Below, piece by piece: positions 52,265 through 64,000 of a stretch of DNA of 64,000 bases (its first letter is position 1; each line of letters starts with the position of its first letter). Origin of the DNA: Saccostrea cucullata. Lineage: Eukaryota. The DNA is taken from contig NW_026928637.1 of the NCBI RefSeq assembly GCF_032062105.1, positions 186,001 to 250,000 of the forward strand, in the 5' to 3' direction. The notes beneath the pieces were generated by a model. That model ran no database searches. It saw only the letters and a program-made list of their open reading frames with translations, and was not told the DNA's origin. The translations under genes and the position numbers were made by a program.

Positions 52265-52648
52265 TAGGGCTGGGCAAAAATATCAATATTTCGGTATATT
52301 GCAATACAATGACAAAAAATATCGAATGCAGTACGTTTTTGTAATATTGATATTCCAGCAAAATACTTCTAAGGAATTTAATCATAAATATAAAAGTAAA
52401 TGTAAGAAAGACTTTTTATGAAGCCAAAAAGTACAACAGAAGCTACTTTATGGGTGTATTTCAGAGCATAACATAAAAAAAAATCAAGATTTTTTTTCTT
52501 TTGGTTACATAGTTATGTACATTCTGCATATAAATGAAAGGAAATATAATAAGAAAATGCTATTTTATTTTCGTTATATTGAAATACATATCGCAATACA
52601 GTTAAAAATATCGCAATACAAAATTTATATGGCCAATACCCAGCCCTA
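52265..52648. mobile_element. hAT-type MITE
   Basis: TAGGGCTGGG / CCCAGCCCTA ends; 8-bp TSD ATAATGTC / ACAATGTC; absent from the sister copies. Confidence 0.85.
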
Positions 52649-55081
52649 ACAATGTCTCCCATGAGTATATTATCTTTCGTGGTCTGAGTGGCCTTTAGAA
52701 ATGTACCATTGGTTTTTGAATCAGTTTGTTTCGTGAGTGCATCTTAGAATCACCAAGTCATTGATCTGTACACTTGAGGCAATCTGATCTTCTATCGATT
52801 GCCGAAAGACTTATATAGCTTGAAAGCGTGTGCCTAAGTGACGACGAAATCAATGAGTAGAAGGTTGAGGGAGATAACTTGAACAATTATTATAGTGATA
52901 TTAAGTTTAAAATCCAAATAAAAAACTTTGAAAGCTGCAGTGAATTATTAGTTGTTTGCTAAATGAGATGAGACGGGATGCATGGCACTGCACAAGTAAC
53001 AGTAGCTGCAGAACTGTAGTTCTCAGCTTGAGAAAATTCGAACAGATCAAGTTTCTTCAGCAGAGACACTTCTGTAGTTAAGCAACAGTATGATAGTAGA
53101 TTTATACATGATAGCTCTTTATCATGAAAATGTTTTAAATAGAAGAAATCCTCTTCCAGGGATTAAATTTGTAGAATTTACAATAAGTGAAAGAAAATTT
53201 TGATTGATAAAATAAAACGACTGTTCTCTGATTTTAAGGGATTCCAATTAGTTAGTGTCTGCACTATCACTAATAAAGTCAGAAAACTTTACAGTCTATG
53301 ATTGTATGAACTGTTAACTTTTAATCCAATGACTATGAAATCCAGTGACTATAATTAAGACTCCTGTCTCGGGAGTAAAAGAATTTGACAGAAGTGAGAA
53401 CTGTAAGGAGGGATCATAACAGATCCTTTATGCTAAAGATAGAGGAGTGTTTCACCTGGAATTACCCCCCCCCCCCCCATTTTTCCGTGTACTGTTTGCT
53501 TGAATTATATTGGCAATGCATCAAATTCTTTCGATATAATTCATTTAGACATAATATGACTTAATTTTTATTTACTTGGCCGAGCGAAATACATGAACCC
53601 TATAGAACACCATAAGAAATAGGTAAAGATAACATTATCTTAACTTATCTATGAACAAATAATTTTAAAATTTAGAAATAAAACAAAAACTCCGTAAAAG
53701 AGTAAAATGCAAATAACGACAAGGCCAATTATGTTATATATATGAATCTCCACTTAACTTTTCTGACTGTTATCAATATAAGGAGGCAACCAAAATTCAA
53801 CTGATTTTCTCTCAACACAGAAGAGACGTCCGAAAACCAATGGAAAAAGGATATTCAATATATGTACCGACCAATTCCTGGCAGAGGCATGAAACTTTTT
53901 ATCACACACCTGATTTTGAGTTTACAGTATGTTTTGTGCCTGATATTGATAAACAAAAGAACGATTTTGAGATACAGTCTCCAATTTGAGCATAAATTCC
54001 TTTGAGGTTTGAGTGGCCATTACAAATATTAGTATACCATTGGTTTGTGAATCAGTTTGTTTCGTGAGTGCATCTCATGGATCAGCAAGTTATTGACCTG
54101 TGCACTTGAGGCTATCTGATCCTTTACCGATTGCCGAAAGACTTATATAGTATAAAGTCTGTACCTAGGTGACGACGACTGAGAATTTGCATAAAATCAT
54201 TGAGTAAAAGGTTAGGGGAGATAACTTGAACATTTATTATAGTAATATAAGGTTTAAAATAAAAAAAAAACCGTTGAAAGCTGCAGTGAATTATTAGTCG
54301 TTTGTTAAATGGGATGAGAGGGGTGCATGACACTGGCAGCTGCAGCACTTGAGAAAAGTAACAGATCAAGTTTCTCCAGCAGAGAGCTACAAGTCTAAGT
54401 AACAGTATGATAGTAAATTTATACATGTTAGCTCTTTATCATGAAAATGTTTTAAATAGAAGAAATCCTCCTCTTTCAGGGATTAAATTTTTAGAATTTA
54501 CAATAAGTGAAAGAAAATTTTGATTGATGAAATAAAACGACTGTTCTCTGATTTTAAGGGATTCCAATTATTTAGTGTCTGCACTATCACTAATAGAGTC
54601 AGAAAACTTTACAGTCTATGATTGTATGAACTGTTAATTTTTAATCCAATGACTATGAAATCCAGTGACTATGAGACTCCTGTCTCGGGAGTAAAAGAAT
54701 ATGACAGAAGTGAGAACTGTAAGGAGGGATCATAACAGATCTATTATGCTAAAGATACACTGTAGGGGTGTGTTTCAGCAAATCATTTTAGTATTGAATT
54801 TTATTGGCAATGCATCAAATTCTTTCGATATAATATATACTTAGACATAATATGATACTTAGACATAATATGATACTTAGACATAATATGACTTAGTTTT
54901 TATTTACTTGGCCGAGCAAAATACATGTACATGAAACCTATAACACCATAAGAAATAGATAAAAAATAACACGATCTTAAATTATTTATGTATAAATAAT
55001 TTAAAATCTATAAATAAAATAAAATTTAAACTCTTTAAATGAGTGAAATGCAAATAACGACAAGGCCAATTATGTTATGTA

Positions 55082-55627
55082 CTATCATTCCAATAACAGC
55101 GTGTCACTTTGCTTGGTCGAGCGTGGTATAGTTTCACATATTGATTACCATAATTGTTTGAATTTCATTAAATGAAATCAAATACTTTTGAAATATGAAT
55201 ATAATACCACTTACATTACTGACAAATCGTATTGAATGCAGTAAACGATAGTCACATGTGGATAGGCAAAGCAAGTTTTTATCCTCATAATAATGGAATT
55301 GATCGCTTTATACAATATAATATATATTATAATAGTTTCAAAGTATAGCCTTACTTATTTCATGCTTTAAATATGTATACGTATAAAAATTTATCAAATC
55401 ACAAAAACTTTAACGTGCTTTTAAAATTTATGACCACGTGTTATCGGTGACTACAAATGCCGCGCTGGAAAACGGCCATTCCATACAATTGGTCAGTGTT
55501 ATCGGGTATTGTTGGATTCTGTTTTTTATATACAAAGTAGTATTGATTTCATTCAAATCAAACATCCAAATGAATGATATGGTAATCAAGGATCAAGCAA
55601 AGTGACACGCTGTTTTGGGAATGATAG
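55082..55627. mobile_element. TA-flanked TIR element
   Basis: TIR CTATCATTCC(A/C)A(T/A)AACAGCGTGTCACTTTGCTTG; empty site in copy 1 near 53735-53745. Confidence 0.85.
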
Positions 55628-56577
55628 TATATGAATCTCCACCTAACTTTTCTGACTGTTATCAATATAAGGAGGCAAACCAAAATTCAACTGATTTTCT
55701 CTCAGCACAGTGGAGACGTCCGAAAACCAATGGAAAGGGATATTCATTATGTGTTCCGACCATTTAATTTCCTGGCAGAGGCATGAAACTTTTTATCACA
55801 CACATGATTTTGAGTTTACAATTATATAATGTTTTGTGCCTTATATTGATAAATAAAAGAGATACAGTGTCTCCATTGAGCATAGTTTCCTTTGAGGTTT
55901 GTGTGGCCAATACAATTACTAGTATATACCGTTGGTTTGTGAATCAGTATGTTTCGTGAGTGCATCTCATGGATCAGCAAGTTACTGACCTTTACACTCA
56001 AGGCTATCTGATCTTTAATCGATTGCCGAAAGACTTATATAGTATAAAGTCTGTACCTAGGTGACGACGACTGAGAATTTGCATAAAATCATTGAGTAAA
56101 AGGTTAGGGGGAGATAACTTGAACATTTATTATAGTAATATTAGGTTTAAAATTAAAAAAAAACGTTGAAAGCTGCAGTGAATTATTAGTTGTTTGCTAA
56201 ATGAGATGAGAGGGGGTGCATGGCACTGCACAAGTAACAGTAGCTGCAGAACTGTAGCTTTCAGCTTGAGAAAATTCGAACAGATTAAGTTTCTCCAGCA
56301 GAGAGCTACACTTCTGTAGTTAAGCAACAGTATGATAGTAGATTTATACATGTTAGCCCTTTATCATGAACATGCTTCAAATAGAAGAAATCCTCTTTCA
56401 AGGATTTTTGAATTTGCAGAATTTATAATAGGTGGAAAAAATTGATTGATAAAATAAAACGACTGTTCTCAGATTTCAGAGGATTCCAGTGTTTGGGGAC
56501 TGCACGATCACTGATAAAGTATGAAAACTTTACAGTCCATGATTGTATGAACTGTTAATGTTTATTACAATGACTAT

Positions 56578-57190
56578 TATGGCACGCCAAATTCACAAAA
56601 ATGAGATAAACCTAGTTTCACAATTGATAAACTAAGTTTATCAACTGTAAACTATAGTTTACAAACCGTAAACTATAGTTAATGATTCGTTAAGTATAGT
56701 TAACGATTCGTTAAGTATAGTTTTATTAAAACTATATTTAACGGTCGTTAACTATAGTTTACGATGCTAATCTAAGTTTATCTGTCTGAATAAAGCGTTA
56801 ACAATAGATTTTGTTGATAAACATAGATTCACGTTTGTAAACTATAGTTTACAATCGTAAACTATAGTTAAGAGGTGTTAATCATAGTTTCACAAATCGT
56901 GAAACTATATTTATCAGATCGTTAACTATAGTTAACGGTTTGTAAACTATAGTTTACAAATCGTGAAACTGTATTCATCAGATAATCTATGTTTTGCGAT
57001 CGCAAATATATGTTAAGTATAGTTTACGGTTGTGAAACATAGATTATCGCGTTAACTATGGTTTACAGATGTAAAATATAGATTAACGTTGTTCTATAGT
57101 TTACATCCGTAAACAGTTTACAACCGATAAACCTAGTTTATCGACTGTGAAACTATGTTTTGCTAATTTTCGTGGATTTGGCGTGCCATA
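56578..57190. mobile_element. AT-rich foldback MITE with 6-bp TSD GACTAT
   Basis: TATGGCACGCCAAAT / ATTTGGCGTGCCATA; interior built from AACTATAGTT palindromes. Confidence 0.85.
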
Positions 57191-57400
57191 GACTATATAA
57201 GAGAGACAGGAGTGAAATGAAAACTATGAGAAGGGATTATATAGCAGGTCCTTTATGCCACAGAATGATGTAGGTTTGTTGACCTGGAATTCAGTTTTAG
57301 CATTGTCAACTACAGTTAAATAAAACGTTGTATTTTATGAGTTACTGCTAATTCTATCCTTTACAGGATCGTGTTATACTTGGGTGACCGTTAATTGGGC

Positions 57401-61645
<4,245 letters not shown>

Positions 61646-61949
61646 CTATTACTCTATTAGTTCTTTTTATTACTGTAATTGAGAAGTCAAAGTACCGGAT
61701 GAGGTAAAAATAACTCAACTCACCAGAGCCATTGACTCGAGGGATGGTTTCTGATCAAAGAGTGCCTGACATCTGTCTGTAGTCTTACTCATCCTATTTT
61801 CAACGTCTTTTTCAGGTGTGAAAATCCTAAAAGTATGGGGGAGGGGGAGGTCATGAAGAACAGTTAATTTTAAAAAAAAAAAAGCTTTGGCAAGATATAT
61901 CTTGAACAGAATCACAAGTTTTCTTCTTAAGTGTTCAACCCATCTTTGC

Positions 61950-62330
61950 AGCTAGGTATCCTTTGTAGTTGTTTCCTCTCTACCTTGATATAGGTACATC
62001 ATACACCAATAGCGATAACAGCTAGCGACGTATTATCTCGTGTTACTAGATCTGTGCTTTATATATGCAGTCCACCTACCATATGTCCTCTGTTTCAGTC
62101 AGGTCTCTCTGACACTGCAGGTTGGTATTGCCCTTCCGAATCTGCGTCCACTTTTCCTTTCCTTCAAACTTCGAGACTTATTTTGTTTCACTTTCATTCT
62201 TGTCCAACTGCTGACAGAATTCAGTTCATGAAGTGTTTGCTTGGCTGCAATAACTGACTTAATGATTGTCATGTCGTCTATGAAAGCTATACGAGGCGGT
62301 AAGCCCATTACTGGCTTCACCAATGGCCCT
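61950..62330 (-). mobile_element. Decayed non-LTR retrotransposon RT fragment (Hero/R2-group-like)
   Basis: PPRIAFIDDMTI...SWTRMKVKQNKSRSL...IPT resembles AFMDD..WARMKFKPxKSRSL. Confidence 0.65.
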
Positions 62331-63347
62331 CTGCTCTTCTCCGACGAAAATCATGTTCAATGCAACAAAAACAGGACAACTGATACTTGCATCCTGTGCC
62401 AACTTTTAAGCATTGCCACATCGTTGTAAAATCTTTTACAATAAATTTAGGCATCTCTCAAGTGTCGGCTCAATAATAAGTTGGTGTCATGCACAGTTTC
62501 ATTCACATTTGTTTAGTCTAATTATATACGCTCCATTCTAAATTTGTTGCATGATCCCGGCGGGACCTGGTCTTCAAGTAAGCGAGGGAAGACCAGCAAT
62601 ATCACAGTTACGAAAGCTTGATTATCAGGGGCATAGCCGTAAATATAGTATTGCATTGAAAATTGCTAATTTAAATATACAATTACCTTAAATTACATCA
62701 AGCACGAGTAAAATAAGGCATGATATCCCGAATTCATGAATTTGCACCGTATTCTGCATGTTCACTGTGAATTGTGTATCAGTGTCCCGGAAAACCATGA
62801 AATTGTTATCTTGAAGATTTAAAGACACCCCTTCTGGTTTTTTTTTCAAATTTCTTTTTTTAGCGTAAAAACAAATGAGGAAAAAGTTGTCAAACTTTTT
62901 TTTTGAAAATGTTACTTGTGAAAATGCGGACTGTCTTATACTTAGTTCGTAAAAATGTTATATTATTAATATTTTACGTATGTTTATATTTTAGTGATAC
63001 AAGACAGTCCTAGGCGACAGAGTAATCCCAGATGCCACAGAAAAGAACAAATATATTTTTATAATTGTGTACCACTGAATGGACACTACAAGAACTGAAT
63101 TCAGTTCCATATATGATGTTAACTTTATTTCCAAAATAAAAGTTAAATATTTTCGTAGAGTGACTGTGTTGACCAATGGTTCGTCGTATTCGAATAATGG
63201 GTTGGATGGGGTCCTGATATTTAAATTATGGCATATTATGTAACAATTACTTCTTGACCACAATTTGACCTTTCGTGTAAAACAGGCCATCAACTGACGA
63301 TGCTTAAGAGAAAGTTTTTTCTGTAGTTAAATAAAATTAGGATCATT

Positions 63348-63944
63348 ATGTCTGTGTGCCACGATGATTTTTCGGACCGCGTTATAACCCCCGCCATGCC
63401 ACCATGCCTCGCCTTCACCTGCTGCGCCATGAACTTCATATTTCCGGGCTCCGGTAAGTCTTACATCCACCCCTTGTGTCCAGGCAAATATCCACCCCCG
63501 AGTTTATCATTCAACTATAGCATTGATTCCAGCTGACAGAAAAAAGTCTGCAACTTTCTTTATGATTGCAACTGACGTGTCCGTTTTGGGTGAGATGGTA
63601 AAAAAAAAATGTGATAAAAATACCTTACAGGGTCTATTTTTTGCTTTTATTATAGTGTTCAAAAAATTGCTAGGTGCAACACCCTCATCCCTCGACGAAT
63701 CGCTTATATCCATCTTTCCCATATGTTTTCATGTTTAACTTTCTGTTGTTTGGAACAGGAACTATTGTGTCGGGGTTTGCTGCCTTTTGCTGCTCCATGA
63801 ACACGGACATGAATACAGGTGACCGATTGACCACGTGTTTATGTAACCTGTCCATAGGTGTACTACAACTAGTCCTGAGTGGCTTTATATTAGTGGGCTG
63901 GTGTTGGAGCTGTGTTTGGGGACTCCATTACGTAGACATGTCCA
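63348..63944 (+). CDS. SPEC3/Stum-family small Cys-rich membrane protein (exons 63348-63453 and 63759-63944; probably continues beyond the window)
   Basis: PAMPPCLAFTCCAMNFIFPGS|GTIVSGF...IGVLQLVLSGFILVGWCWSCVWG; phase-1 GT-AG intron. Confidence 0.85.
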
Positions 63945-64000
63945 GTAAGCATTATTTAACATAACTTCAAAGCTGTTCAAGTCTGTTTAAAACGTTTTGC

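Larger units (their letters stand above)
52213..57300 (+). repeat. Tandem triplication of a ~1.5-1.9 kb non-coding unit
   Basis: Copies start TGGCAGAGGCATGAAACTTTTTATCACACAC at 52213, 53879 and 55773. Confidence 0.9.

Overview
AT-rich eukaryotic (bivalve, oyster-like) genomic DNA. The repeat families and the Pif-like gene point to Ostreidae; this is an inference. Most of the window is one + strand plexin-A gene (ATG 11463, stop 49217, about 34 coding exon positions, roughly 1,900 aa: Sema, 3 PSI, IPT repeats, TM, split RasGAP with RBD). I assembled it by hand with splice-phase checks. The best finding is a tandem-duplicated exon pair (40465-40580 and 40630-40733) only 49 nt apart and phase-incompatible, so probably mutually exclusive, swapping the Ser-rich cytoplasmic loop after the RBD. 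Several splice junctions are themselves tandemly duplicated. Three spots look garbled, probably assembly consensus errors (13549-13616, 35172-35900, after 37468). The introns are full of Helentron-derived HINE/pearl-type elements carrying ~166-bp satellite arrays, TIR MITEs and mariner relics, often nested. Downstream are a triplicated ~1.5-1.9 kb non-coding unit, a 6xEGF plus chitin-binding (Pif-like CBM14) gene with 5' frameshifts, two retroelement RT relics and the start of a SPEC3/Stum-like gene. I see no prokaryote-type system such as CRISPR.
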